Of a stretch of 48,364 nt of DNA, positions 33,305 through 42,598 are shown piece after piece. The stretch covers positions 1 to 48,364 of the forward strand of contig SYKL01000097.1 in NCBI GenBank assembly GCA_005797785.1, written 5' to 3'. Position numbers and translations under genes: made by a program. Each line of letters begins with the position of its first letter. The first letter of the stretch is position 1. Below the pieces are notes generated by a model. The model did no database searches and was not told the DNA's origin. It was given only the letters and a program-made list of their open reading frames with translations. Source of the stretch: Pseudomonadota bacterium (GTDB lineage Bacteria; Myxococcota_A; UBA796; GCA-2862545).

Positions 33305-33643
33305 GTGCCCTCGAACTATGGCGAAACGCCGACCCCGTCAAGAGCAACCCTCCCATCCTCCGCATCGAAACGCAAGCCTCGACCGAGTCAACCCCGCGAT
33401 ACACCCCCGACGCATGGACGTCCGATTACACACGATGACCCGGCGCTCGCTGCCCGCTGAAGTTCGCTACTCTATGAAAGAGGTCACTACCGACCTCGCA
33501 CAACCTCGGCACCAAGGGGTTTTTCTCCCCCCAACGCGACCCCAAGGTGCTCCAACTTCCGCGAGGTGATCCATGGATCCTGCCCACCTTTTCCCCCGGC
33601 GGAGGTGAACCAAGAAGCAAACCCCACATTGCCAAGGCTCTGT

Positions 33644-33675
33644 AGCGCGGGAATCGCCCGCGCTTTTCCTTTTTT
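33644..33675 (+). terminator. Rho-independent terminator (plus strand)
   Basis: AGCGCGGG-AATCG-CCCGCGCT (8-bp GC-rich stem) followed by TTTCCTTTTTT. No convincing CDS lies upstream on this strand. Confidence 0.55.
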
Positions 33676-33782
33676 GCCGTACGACAAGGACTGAACCTGC
33701 TTTTCACAAATCGGAAACGGGGTTGAATGCCGGGGGCTTTCGTTCGTCGAAGCGGCCGGCGTATACTGGGCATGAGGTGCGG

Positions 33783-34502
33783 ATGCGGTTCGCGGTTGGG
33801 TTGGTTCCACTCCTGGTGGGATGTGTAAACTTCGAAGACCCCTTTGACGTGACACTGTCCGCCGACGGAGTGACGTTGGTCGACGCGGAAATCGAACGCG
33901 GTGACTTTGTGTACCAGGGCATCGAAACGGACGAATTTTCCGTCGAGGGGATCTCCCGCGGCGGTGGCTCCAGCGCCAACGGGGCGAAGAAGCGCGAGGC
34001 CGGAAACGCCTACAGCGCCGAAGTCGACGGCGATACCCTCCAAATTCGAGCTCGCTCCGAATACAACAATGCGAGCGTGGACTTCGATGTTCTGGGCCCT
34101 GAGGTCATGGACGTCGTGGTGGAAGCGTCCGCTGGAACGGTCTTGTTGGAGACGGTCGACGGATACCACGTGGTGGGTGCCGACTCGTTCGTGGGCGAAG
34201 GCTTAATCGGAAGCCTGGATTTGCTTGCGGCGACTTCCGCTGACGTGGAAATCTACCCCTATGTCGACGGCGTCATCGAAATCGAAGTGACCAGTGGGCC
34301 TGCAACCCTGGCTTTGCCGGTAGGGGGAGGGTACGACATCGAGGTGTGGGGCAATCCCGAGTACCCGATCAGCATTGCAGAACTCGGGTTCTATGACACC
34401 TATTTCGGTGAAGGGTATTTCAGCGGGCAGTCCGGCGACGGAGGTGTTCGCGTTGTGGTGCGCGTCGAAAACGGTGAGTTTACCTTGCTAGAAGCGTTTT
34501 AA
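33783..34502 (+). CDS. lipoprotein, possibly a DUF4097-like beta-rich adhesin fold
   Basis: ATG 33783 has GAGGTG upstream. Lipobox MRFAVGLVPLLVGC. Repetitive beta-strand-like sequence follows. Confidence 0.6.
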   Translation: MRFAVGLVPLLVGCVNFEDPFDVTLSADGVTLVDAEIERGDFVYQGIETDEFSVEGISRGGGSSANGAKKREAGNAYSAEVDGDTLQIRARSEYNNASVDFDVLGPEVMDVVVEASAGTVLLETVDGYHVVGADSFVGEGLIGSLDLLAATSADVEIYPYVDGVIEIEVTSGPATLALPVGGGYDIEVWGNPEYPISIAELGFYDTYFGEGYFSGQSGDGGVRVVVRVENGEFTLLEAF

Positions 34503-34882
34503 TGACCAGTACCGCGAGATACCGTTTCGAGTTTCGAATGCTGGAGTGGTGCGAACGAACGTCTCGGTCGTTGTGCGGCGAACGACGAGCCATGTTCGTG
34601 GGCGTTCGGCCGGACGGCGCAGTACGCCGGATCTATTTCGCCCCCGCCGAACAGTCGTGTGAGGGCACGCGAAAAACGGCGTTAACCGATACCAATGAGC
34701 ACTGGCTGCTCTACAATCCCTACGGCGAACCCGGCTCCGGATATGTCGAGTGGTTTGCGCTGGACCGAAAAGTGGCGGAACGCTGGCTCGAACACGTGCT
34801 TCAAGTCGAAGATTTCATCGATGTGCGCTCGCCTACCGCCCGCAACGAATGGCCCGCGTCGTGGCGGGTGATTGTTGGTTGA
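34502..34882 (+). CDS. hypothetical protein (126 aa)
   Basis: The ATG overlaps the upstream stop (TAATG). No family recognised. Confidence 0.5.
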   Translation: MTSTARYRFEFRMLEWCERTSRSLCGERRAMFVGVRPDGAVRRIYFAPAEQSCEGTRKTALTDTNEHWLLYNPYGEPGSGYVEWFALDRKVAERWLEHVLQVEDFIDVRSPTARNEWPASWRVIVG

Positions 34883-34961
34883 ACGCCGATAGTCTAGATT
34901 TGCGACGGTAGATCGACGCCCCCGGCGAAGACGGTTATAGCCTCCACGTTCTGGAGGGGAA

Positions 34962-35804
34962 GTGGCGGATCTGCGCGAATTACAATCGATCCTCGGGCAA
35001 CCATCGGACCAACGGTTGGCGGCTTTGGCGGCTTTTGCTCCGAAAGTGAGCGATCCGGCCACGCGGGAAGCCACGGTGGCTGCGTTGTTGGGGTTGATTG
35101 CGGAAGGCGTTGGAGCCCCGCGGGACCGGTTGGCTGCCGGGGAGGCGTTGGCGCTTCTGGGCGATCCTCGGCTTCGTACCCCCGATCAGGCGGACTACTG
35201 GGTCAAGGTCGAGACGGACGATGGGGCCGTTCATTTCGGTCGGTTTCCGGTGACGAATGCGGAATATCGCCGTTGGGTGGACGCCGGTGGTTATGAGACG
35301 GGGCCGTGGACGGCGGAAGGGCGCGCGTGGTTGTCCAAGTGTTCCGATCCGTGGCCGGTTCGTTCCAAAGCGGCGGATGCCGCTCCCTACATCATCGATA
35401 ATCAGCCCGTGGTCGGCGTGACATGGTTTGAAGCCGATACCTACGCCCGAGCACATGGCGCGCGATTGCCCAGGTTTGACGAGCGTGTTTGTGCGGTTCG
35501 AGGCAAGGAAAAGCGACCCTACCCGTGGGGTTCCCCGTTCGGCGAAGGCCACGCAAATACGCAGGAGGAGGTCCTTCAAAAGCCGTGCGCCGTCGGATTG
35601 TACCGTTCGGATGTGACTCCCGAGGGATTGTTTGACCTCGCTGGCAATGTGGCAGAGTGGGCTGGCGATGGCGCGGGCGACCAATATTGGTATGCGCCCG
35701 GCGCTTTCGATGAGCCGTCCATGGCGGCTTGGGCCAAAGCGCGTGAAATCGCGCGTCCGGATGCGCGTTGGCGTTCTTCCGGTTTCCGGCTGGCCAAAGA
35801 CTGA
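34962..35804 (+). CDS. formylglycine-generating enzyme (SUMF1/FGE) family protein with an N-terminal HEAT-like region
   Basis: VVGVTWFEADTYARAHGARLP, YPWG, GNVAEWAGD and a C-terminal SSGFRLAKD are typical of the FGE-sulfatase fold. GTG 34962 has GGAGGGG upstream. Confidence 0.75.
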   Translation: MADLRELQSILGQPSDQRLAALAAFAPKVSDPATREATVAALLGLIAEGVGAPRDRLAAGEALALLGDPRLRTPDQADYWVKVETDDGAVHFGRFPVTNAEYRRWVDAGGYETGPWTAEGRAWLSKCSDPWPVRSKAADAAPYIIDNQPVVGVTWFEADTYARAHGARLPRFDERVCAVRGKEKRPYPWGSPFGEGHANTQEEVLQKPCAVGLYRSDVTPEGLFDLAGNVAEWAGDGAGDQYWYAPGAFDEPSMAAWAKAREIARPDARWRSSGFRLAKD

Positions 35805-35810
35805 TCGCCG

Positions 35811-36404
35811 ATGAAGCGTCGCCCGGAACATGCGGCTCCCGAGCGAGCGACCGAAGCGGGCGGAAAAGACGTTTCTCCCGAGTTGTCTGCGGACAGCAAC
35901 GCGGCCGCACAGCTGCAGGTGGGGCAGCCCGATTGGGCGGCGGTGCGGGAGGTGGCGGCGCCGATGGTGCAGCGCACGCTGTTGGCGTTAGAGCTCCAGC
36001 CTCGCGAGACGCAGCTGGACCGTTTTGTCGCGATTCTTGAGCGTTCCAAGTTGCCGGAGGATCGCAAGGAATGGCTGATCGATCGGCTACGTACCGATGA
36101 GTCCACCGCACATCAGGTCCGCGACTCCGTAGAGCGATGGTTTCATCAGGACAATGAAGCGACGCGGCAACAGGTAGGGGATGTTCTGGCGGCGGTGTCG
36201 GGGGCGTTGTTTGATCCGGACACGGTGGTGTCGGCTTCGCCCGGGACGGCGCAGGCGCGGGCGGAGGCCGCCATCGCGGAGTTATCGGCCGCACAAGGTG
36301 CGTCTGGCGAAGCCATTCTGGGCCTGTGCCGCGATCTGCATCTGGCGCTGTGGTGGGAAGAGGAAGAAGAGGAAGAAATGAGCTTTGAGCCTACGGAGGG
36401 CTAG
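35811..36404 (+). CDS. hypothetical protein with an acidic C-terminal tail
   Basis: ATG 35811. Ends with WWEEEEEEEMSFEPTEG. The 3' end overlaps the convergent GNAT gene by 14 nt. Confidence 0.5.
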   Translation: MKRRPEHAAPERATEAGGKDVSPELSADSNAAAQLQVGQPDWAAVREVAAPMVQRTLLALELQPRETQLDRFVAILERSKLPEDRKEWLIDRLRTDESTAHQVRDSVERWFHQDNEATRQQVGDVLAAVSGALFDPDTVVSASPGTAQARAEAAIAELSAAQGASGEAILGLCRDLHLALWWEEEEEEEMSFEPTEG

Positions 36405-36969
36405 GGAGGTATTGAGGGTCGATCACCTCCAAAACCTTCTTTCGAGGCCGCGGCTCGGCGTCGGTCGTCTGAATGTGCCGCTGCCAGTAGCCCACCCCGT
36501 GCCAGGCGCCAAACTTCCATCCCACCCGGTCGTACTGAGCGCGTTGTTCAAAGCCCATTTTGGCGTGAAAGCGTTCGCTGGCCGCGTTTCCGCTGGTGAT
36601 CCCGGCGATCATTGTCACATATCCTTGCTTTTCAAGCTGAAGGAACAACGCACCATACAGCGCTGCAGCCAGCCCTAAGCCATGAAACTCCGGTTCCACG
36701 TACACCGAAACTCCACAGGTCCAATCGTAGGCTTCCCTCGATCCGTGCAAGTACGACTTGGTGAATCCCAGCGCGCGCCCTTCGGGGGAATACGCGATAA
36801 ACCAAGGGTAAAATGCGCTTCCTTGCTCCCAGTTCCGCTCCCAGACGTCCAGCGCCTCCGGCCTCAACGCCAAGTTCGCCGTCGAACGTTCGGCTGCTGC
36901 ATTGGAAATCGCCAGAGCCTGCGCGATATCGTGTTTTTCGGCGAGACGGATGCGATAGTTGGACGGCAT
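36391..36969 (-). CDS. GNAT-family N-acetyltransferase (phosphinothricin acetyltransferase-like)
   Basis: IRLAEKHDIAQALAISN..., VSVYVEPEFHGLGLAAALYGALF (acetyl-CoA-binding-like) and GWKFGAWHGVGYWQ are typical of PAT-type GNATs. Start is ATG 36969. Confidence 0.75.
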   Translation of the reverse strand: MPSNYRIRLAEKHDIAQALAISNAAAERSTANLALRPEALDVWERNWEQGSAFYPWFIAYSPEGRALGFTKSYLHGSREAYDWTCGVSVYVEPEFHGLGLAAALYGALFLQLEKQGYVTMIAGITSGNAASERFHAKMGFEQRAQYDRVGWKFGAWHGVGYWQRHIQTTDAEPRPRKKVLEVIDPQYLPSPP

Positions 36970-37180
36970 GGCAACCTCACACCGGAGATCTAACCCTCCC
37001 TTTTGCCACGCGACCGGGGTTACAACACGCTGCAACACCGACCATTGGTAAAGCGGTTTACCAATCGGGCTTGGGGGCTCCGGCCTTCGGCCGGCGGCCT
37101 CCTACGGGGTCGGGCATTCGCCCTCCGTTTTCGGCTGCGCCTCAAACCTGCTGCGCAGCCCTTCGTCCGCCTAGCCCGCT

Positions 37181-37409
37181 CTAGCAGGTTGCTGCAAAAC
37201 AGGCCGAACGCAGGCGCGGCTCGCCGCGACGACGCCGAGGCCGGTCGCCCGTCGGCGAGGAGTGCAGGCCGCGTAGCGAGCGACGTTCGGCGACCAAGGC
37301 CGAGGAAAAGCGTACCGAGCGTACGCTGACGCAGGCCGACCGAGCCGTACGTCGCGCAGTAGCGGACCGCGCTCCACAGCCCCGGGCGAGTTTTGCAGCA
37401 GCCTGCTAG
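37181..37409. repeat. 20-bp long-range inverted repeat (19/20) bracketing a 189-bp GC-rich, hairpin-rich segment
   Basis: CTAGCAGGTTGCTGCAAAAC (37181-37200) versus GTTTTGCAGCAGCCTGCTAG (37390-37409). There is an internal hairpin AGCGTAC-CGAGC-GTACGCT near 37309-37327. It lies in the 436-nt gap between the GNAT and DUF1292 genes. Confidence 0.6.
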
Positions 37410-37723
37410 GTCTCCGTGGTCTCATCCGCTTCCGCAAACGCCTGCTCCGCGGCTGCCTGCACCTTTGCAAACAACTCCGGATCTTCGATGGAAGAGAAAT
37501 TCACCATTCCATCCGCGTCTTCCGTGTAGTGCAGCAAGTACACGTCGGCGGTTTCACTATCGTCGGCTTCCTGCTCTGCGGGGATCAGCATCGCAAACTG
37601 CTGATCGTCGACATCGAGGAGGGCAATCAACCGAAACGGATGATCTTCCCCGTCTTCTCCGGTGAGCACCACCAGATCGTCGTCTTCTTCCAAGTTCAGA
37701 TCGTCCAAATCCGGGTCGCTCAT
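37406..37723 (-). CDS. DUF1292-like small acidic protein
   Basis: The pattern VVLTGEDGEDHPFRLIALLDVDDQQFAMLIP...VYLLHY...FSSIEDPELFAKV matches DUF1292 as I recall it. Confidence 0.6.
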   Translation of the reverse strand: MSDPDLDDLNLEEDDDLVVLTGEDGEDHPFRLIALLDVDDQQFAMLIPAEQEADDSETADVYLLHYTEDADGMVNFSSIEDPELFAKVQAAAEQAFAEADETTET

Positions 37724-37741
37724 CGGGCCTCCAGAACGCCC

Positions 37742-39811
37742 CTATACCGCGGTGCTCGACCGAAGCCCAACATCGGTTTTGTCCACCAACGACAACACGT
37801 CCATCGGGCACACTTCCACGCAGATCCCGCATTGAATACACGCTGAATTCGCATTGTCGAAATACAGCTCCTGCTCGGCGAAGCTCTGAACGTCGATCCC
37901 CATTTGGCAATGGCGGGTGCATTCACCGCAGGAAATGCACCGGTCGGTGGAGGCGATCGCCAACCGCCCAAACCGGCTGGCCAGGAACTCCATCCACGCC
38001 CGCAATGGACAGAAAAACCTGCACCAAATCCGGTTTCCAAGGTAGGGGTACAACGCGACCCCCACCACGGACGCGAGGAAAAAGTCGACCATCAACCCGT
38101 ACCAGTGTTTTCCAAACTCGGAGGCGTTGGAAAGTACAGAGGAATCGACCATTTTCCAAGCATCGTTCAAAATCAGCAGCGTCACCGGAATCGCGCACAG
38201 CAGCACGATCTTGCCCATGCCCTCCGCTTTTTTGGCGGTTTCCCCGCGAGGTGTTCGCCAACGCCACAGATCGCCCACCGTTTCCGCGAGGCCGCCGCAG
38301 CCACACAGGGTGCTGCAAAAACTCTCGTTCTTTCGCCAGACATACAGAGGGATCAACACAAATGCGCTGATCAACCCCAGCAACAACCATCCCCATTCGC
38401 CGGGCCCGTGACCGAGCGACCACACCGACAGCGGCCACGGCACCGACAGGGAGTAGAATTTCCAAGGGGTTTTGCTGAACATCGGTGCGATCAATTCCGG
38501 GATCCCAAACAGGAACACCGCCTGAAACCCGATCAGGCTGGCGTACCGCTTGCGCTGAGCCGGCGAAGGATGCCGAACCCAGGCCACGGCACCAAATCCG
38601 ACAATGAGGAGGGAATAAAACAGCGTTCCCCAAAAACTCCCATCCAACACCCGTAACGAACCATCCGCGGTCGGATACCAGGGGAGGGGAAGTTGGATCG
38701 CCTTGTGGACCCAACCCCATTCTCCAGCACCGAATGGGAAAAAATCGCGCTTCTGTTTGATGCAGTAGAAACACCAGGTCAGAACGGCGAACCCGATCAA
38801 CCAAGGGACGCGCGCCAATTCCGCGGTCCGGTCGGAGTTCCAACGGATCCCCAGGCGTTGCAGCAACCCTTTGGGCAGTTCGCTGCCAATGAACACGAAC
38901 ACCTGATCTGCGGCAATAGCGCTCGTTCCGTTGGAATCGGCGATCGCCACCTGTGAACCGATCGCCATCATTCTGGCGCCGGTTCGCACCGAGAGTTCTC
39001 CCAGGCGCGCCCGGTGACGCGCTTTGATCCGGTTGAACTCCGAACCTCGGTGCACCAGGGTCACCTGGGCGCCCGCGTCCGCCAACGCCAACGCCGCTTC
39101 CACCGCGGAGTTTCCGCCGCCCACCACCACGACGGTTCGATTGGCGTATTCCCTTGGGTCTTCCAGATGATACGCGGCGCGTTCTTCCCCAGGAACGCCC
39201 AATTTCCGCGGGCTGCCGCGCCGGCCGACCGCCAGGATCACTTTCTTGCAGCGGTACGCTTTTTCCGAAAGGGGAAATTTATTTCCCATGGCTGTGGCAC
39301 CGGCGACAACCTTCGTTTTCACGACGAAGTGGCCGTCCGTTCCCTCGAGATCGATCATTTCCTCGCCCGCGTGAACGGGAAATTTCGCCTCTGCTACCAC
39401 TCGTTTCCAGTGTTTGACCAGGTCTTCTTTTGCCGAATCTGCGAAATCCAGCGTTGGAAGCTTCATGGATCGCGGTTCGGAGAAGATTTGCTTGCCGCGT
39501 GGGAAACGCGCTACCGTTTGAAACAGTTCGGCCCGTTCGAGCACCACCACCGAGAATCCACGTTCGGAGAGCGCTAACGCGGACGCGACCCCCGACGGCC
39601 CGCCCCCCACGATCGCCACATCCAGCTCACCGCTAGGTTTCCCCAGGGTTTCCGCGACGTGCGCCCCCGTTTCCCATCCTTGCAGGATCGCTGCTTTTAG
39701 GATCGGCGCGTCTCCAAGGTCGCCGACCACATACACGCCTGGAACTTCACTTTGACGCAGGCGATCGAGGATCGGCAGCTCCCGCAGGCCGGTCCAAATC
39801 GAAAAGCTCAT
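37742..39811 (-). CDS. FAD/NAD(P)-dependent oxidoreductase domain + polytopic membrane region + C-terminal 2x[4Fe-4S] ferredoxin domain
   Basis: DVAIVGGGPSGVASAL and VVVVGGGNSAVEAALALA dinucleotide motifs. Several hydrophobic helices. CISCGECTRHCQ and CIQCGICVEVCP clusters. Confidence 0.8.
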   Translation of the reverse strand: MSFSIWTGLRELPILDRLRQSEVPGVYVVGDLGDAPILKAAILQGWETGAHVAETLGKPSGELDVAIVGGGPSGVASALALSERGFSVVVLERAELFQTVARFPRGKQIFSEPRSMKLPTLDFADSAKEDLVKHWKRVVAEAKFPVHAGEEMIDLEGTDGHFVVKTKVVAGATAMGNKFPLSEKAYRCKKVILAVGRRGSPRKLGVPGEERAAYHLEDPREYANRTVVVVGGGNSAVEAALALADAGAQVTLVHRGSEFNRIKARHRARLGELSVRTGARMMAIGSQVAIADSNGTSAIAADQVFVFIGSELPKGLLQRLGIRWNSDRTAELARVPWLIGFAVLTWCFYCIKQKRDFFPFGAGEWGWVHKAIQLPLPWYPTADGSLRVLDGSFWGTLFYSLLIVGFGAVAWVRHPSPAQRKRYASLIGFQAVFLFGIPELIAPMFSKTPWKFYSLSVPWPLSVWSLGHGPGEWGWLLLGLISAFVLIPLYVWRKNESFCSTLCGCGGLAETVGDLWRWRTPRGETAKKAEGMGKIVLLCAIPVTLLILNDAWKMVDSSVLSNASEFGKHWYGLMVDFFLASVVGVALYPYLGNRIWCRFFCPLRAWMEFLASRFGRLAIASTDRCISCGECTRHCQMGIDVQSFAEQELYFDNANSACIQCGICVEVCPMDVLSLVDKTDVGLRSSTAV

Positions 39812-40773
39812 CGGTCGCTGTGGGGTTCCGCGTCGGTGAGCCAGCCGGAGATCGGCCGATAGATCCGCTCCGGAGCGATGTCGGCGATGAACAGATCCGC
39901 GTGGGCGACCTGCTCATGCCGGCTGCCGATCAACATCGAACTGGTGGGGCCGCCCGCGAGTTTCGCTGCGATCAATGCCGAACCCGATGGACAGATCCGG
40001 TCACCATTGCCCGCCACCACCAACAACGGTCGGGTGAAGCTCTTGAGGGACTCGGTCACATTGAGATCGCCCAATTGCAGGTCCTTGTTCTTGATCCACT
40101 GCCCCAATTGGCGGCTGATTCCCGGCTGGGGATCCTCGACCGTTCGAACCAACTGCGAGACGGGCGTAGTAAACGTTAACGAAGGATTGAGGTAGATCAT
40201 CAGCGCTTCCGGCGCCAACCGGGTGGCGATCGGCAGCGCCAATTTCGCGGCCCGCCGCGAGCCCTTCATCGGCGCTCGAATTGCGGGAGAAATTGCCGCG
40301 AACGCGGAGATCAGCGGGGAGGTCTCCACCCAACGGAGCGGGGTGCCCATGGTCACCAACCGATCGATGCGATGGTCTGAAAACATGCCTGCATAGGCGT
40401 AAAGTAGAGCCCCGCCGAGGGAACAACCGATCGCGTGAACGCGTTCGTGGCCGGTTTCCCCGGAGATAAAGTCGAAGATCGCCGGAAGGTCAGCGTTCGC
40501 ATGTTCTTCCAGGGTGACGTCCGCGTGTTTGCGTGTATCGGAACGCGAGGAGGTCTGTCCGCGAAGATCCACGGACCAAGGGTCCAATCCCGCGTCCAAC
40601 AACCATTCCATAAAGGAACCGCCGCGTGGGTGGTACCGGAAAATGAAGGAGTTCATCCCAAATCCGGGCACAAACAACACCGGTCTCCCGATCGGTCGAC
40701 CGGGTCTTAGCCCGCGTTGAAGCTCCAACGACCAGCCGTCGCCGGTCGTTACGGTATGCCGCTGAACAAACAT
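39808..40773 (-). CDS. alpha/beta-fold hydrolase
   Basis: Nucleophile elbow HAIGCSLGG. VLFVPGFGMN oxyanion region. Start ATG 40773 was chosen because upstream ORF residues are Arg/Pro-rich. The stop overlaps the downstream start (ATGA). Confidence 0.7.
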   Translation of the reverse strand: MFVQRHTVTTGDGWSLELQRGLRPGRPIGRPVLFVPGFGMNSFIFRYHPRGGSFMEWLLDAGLDPWSVDLRGQTSSRSDTRKHADVTLEEHANADLPAIFDFISGETGHERVHAIGCSLGGALLYAYAGMFSDHRIDRLVTMGTPLRWVETSPLISAFAAISPAIRAPMKGSRRAAKLALPIATRLAPEALMIYLNPSLTFTTPVSQLVRTVEDPQPGISRQLGQWIKNKDLQLGDLNVTESLKSFTRPLLVVAGNGDRICPSGSALIAAKLAGGPTSSMLIGSRHEQVAHADLFIADIAPERIYRPISGWLTDAEPHSDR

Positions 40774-40863
40774 CGGGGGAGAAATGGTCGACCTCCCAAG
40801 GAATGAGGGATCATTGTACTTCACTGCGGGCCCGATCGGGAAGCTCCGGTTAAAGGGGCCGCA

Positions 40864-41901
40864 ATGCGCGACATCGAGTCCGGTGAAACAAGCCACGGTG
40901 GCCCGTCCAATGCTACTTATTCCGAAATGGATGCGGCGGCGTTTGAGGGGGCGCGTGCGCCGTTGGGGGAGCTCCCCCTCGAAGTGAATGCGGCGCTGAG
41001 CGCCTTGGCCGCGGATCCCGCGCGGGCTTCGGTCGCCCGATCGATGGTGCGGGCGTTGGCGTTGGCGCAGCAGGCTGGGGCGAAAGCGGTCGGCGTGCTC
41101 GGCGAGGGCATCCTCCACATGCGGGATACCTCCGGCAACGCTTTTGTGTTGGCGGCGCCCGGCTTCGGCGCGCCAGCGGGTGCGGGCGCGGTCGAAGATC
41201 TGGAGCGCCTGCGATCAGCGATCGAGATTGCCCTCGGAGAATGGAAGTTTGCGGTCCATCTTCGCAAGGCGATCCCCGCGGGCTTCGATCCGGATCCGGT
41301 CGCGCGCGCGGTTCACTTGTGGCGGATGGCGATCGACCGTGGCGAATGGCAAGGAAAACATGCCATTTACGAGGATGAATGGGTCGCTGTCGACCTGTCG
41401 GTGATCTCGCGCGAGGACGGCAAGGCCGGCCGGTGGATGGTCGCCGTTCCTCCGTTGCAAGCGTCCGATCGGCTGACCGAGGTGTACCAACACCTGCTCG
41501 GGATGATCCATCGGATCGAGGAAGCGCGGTTCTTTGGTCCGGTGGTGTTTGCGCCCTCAGCGGAGCCTCGATGGGGACTTTCGCGTGGCGCGATCCTCGA
41601 TGTGCTGTACGGCGTTCCCGATGCGATTTCGACGGAGGGTGGCGATTCTCCCGCCTACTCAGCGTTGTTTCGCCCAAGCGGTCTGTCGCTGTTTTCGGAC
41701 CCCGCCTGCCGATGCATTCATTCGATCTGGTGGATTCAGGGCGATGAACACCTGAGTTCGTGGGATGGTGTCGCTCACGAAAATCCGTGGGCGCAAGGCG
41801 TCCTGCAATGCGCCTTTCCAGGAAAGCGTTTTGCTCCGCTCGATGGCGCGGTACCCGAAAAAGGGGCGACGCGGCTCCATTGGCGCGCGAGCGGGAGTTA
41901 G
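40864..41901 (+). CDS. hypothetical protein
   Basis: ATG 40864 has AAAGGGG upstream. No recognisable motif. The start is uncertain. Confidence 0.5.
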   Translation: MRDIESGETSHGGPSNATYSEMDAAAFEGARAPLGELPLEVNAALSALAADPARASVARSMVRALALAQQAGAKAVGVLGEGILHMRDTSGNAFVLAAPGFGAPAGAGAVEDLERLRSAIEIALGEWKFAVHLRKAIPAGFDPDPVARAVHLWRMAIDRGEWQGKHAIYEDEWVAVDLSVISREDGKAGRWMVAVPPLQASDRLTEVYQHLLGMIHRIEEARFFGPVVFAPSAEPRWGLSRGAILDVLYGVPDAISTEGGDSPAYSALFRPSGLSLFSDPACRCIHSIWWIQGDEHLSSWDGVAHENPWAQGVLQCAFPGKRFAPLDGAVPEKGATRLHWRASGS

Positions 41902-41902
41902 G

Positions 41903-42505
41903 ATGTTCATGCACCCCCATGGTGGAGCTTCCACCGGCCACATTGAGGTGGTCACCGGCTGTATGTTCTCCGGGAAGACCGAGGAGCTGATTCGGCGCTT
42001 GGTTCGCGCACGGATCGCCAAACAGCGGGTGAGGGTGTTCAAGCCGGCGGTGGATACCCGTTACGCGGTCGTAGAAATTGTGACCCACAATGGCGAAAAA
42101 TTACCGTGTTATCCGGTCGAAAAAGCGTCCGATATTCTTGCCCAGGTCGGCGACGCCCAGGTGGTCGGTATCGACGAAGCGCAGTTCTTCTCGATGGACC
42201 TCGTCGAAGTTTGCAATCGATTGGCGGATGAGGGGCGAAGGGTGGTTGTGGCGGGCCTGGACCAAGATTTCCAGGGCGTCGCCTTTGAGCCGATCCCGCA
42301 ATTGTTGGCGGTGGCCGAGTATATTACCAAGAACCTTGCGGTGTGTATGGTGTGCGGGGGGCCGGCGGATCGGTCCCAGCGCCTGATCGCCCGCGACAGC
42401 CGGGTGATGCTCGGCGCACATGGGGCGTATGAAGCCCGTTGTCGCGCACATTGGCGGCCGGATCCGCAGGAATCGCGCCAGGAAGAACTGCCGCTCGGAA
42501 CCTGA
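41903..42505 (+). CDS. tdk: thymidine kinase
   Basis: P-loop GCMFSGKTEEL. VVGIDEAQFF. Zn-ribbon CMVCGGPA...ARCRAHW. ATG 41903 has GGGAG upstream. Confidence 0.9.
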   Translation: MFMHPHGGASTGHIEVVTGCMFSGKTEELIRRLVRARIAKQRVRVFKPAVDTRYAVVEIVTHNGEKLPCYPVEKASDILAQVGDAQVVGIDEAQFFSMDLVEVCNRLADEGRRVVVAGLDQDFQGVAFEPIPQLLAVAEYITKNLAVCMVCGGPADRSQRLIARDSRVMLGAHGAYEARCRAHWRPDPQESRQEELPLGT

Positions 42506-42598
42506 AAGTGGACGTTGTTTGACCCGGCTCAGGTCGGGTCGCGTGTTCCCCGCCCCACTTTCGTCGGCAACGGTTATGCTCCCCAGGTTGGAGGGGCG

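Noticed and set aside
37181-37409. Retron msr/msd or a group II intron fragment as an explanation for the long-range inverted repeat
   Set aside because: No reverse transcriptase or intron-encoded ORF is present nearby, and no conserved retron or intron sequence features could be recognised by eye. It is kept only as an unexplained structured element.
40913-42088. 391-aa minus-strand ORF, together with similar long shadow ORFs (1572-2510 -, 3096-3869 -, 34980-35831 -, 35392-36294 -, 44851-45834 -, 46649-47728 +, 46219-47250 upstream part)
   Set aside because: Extreme Arg/Pro/Gly/Ala bias and no motifs. Each lies opposite or out of frame to a CDS with recognisable domains. These are typical GC-rich shadow ORFs.
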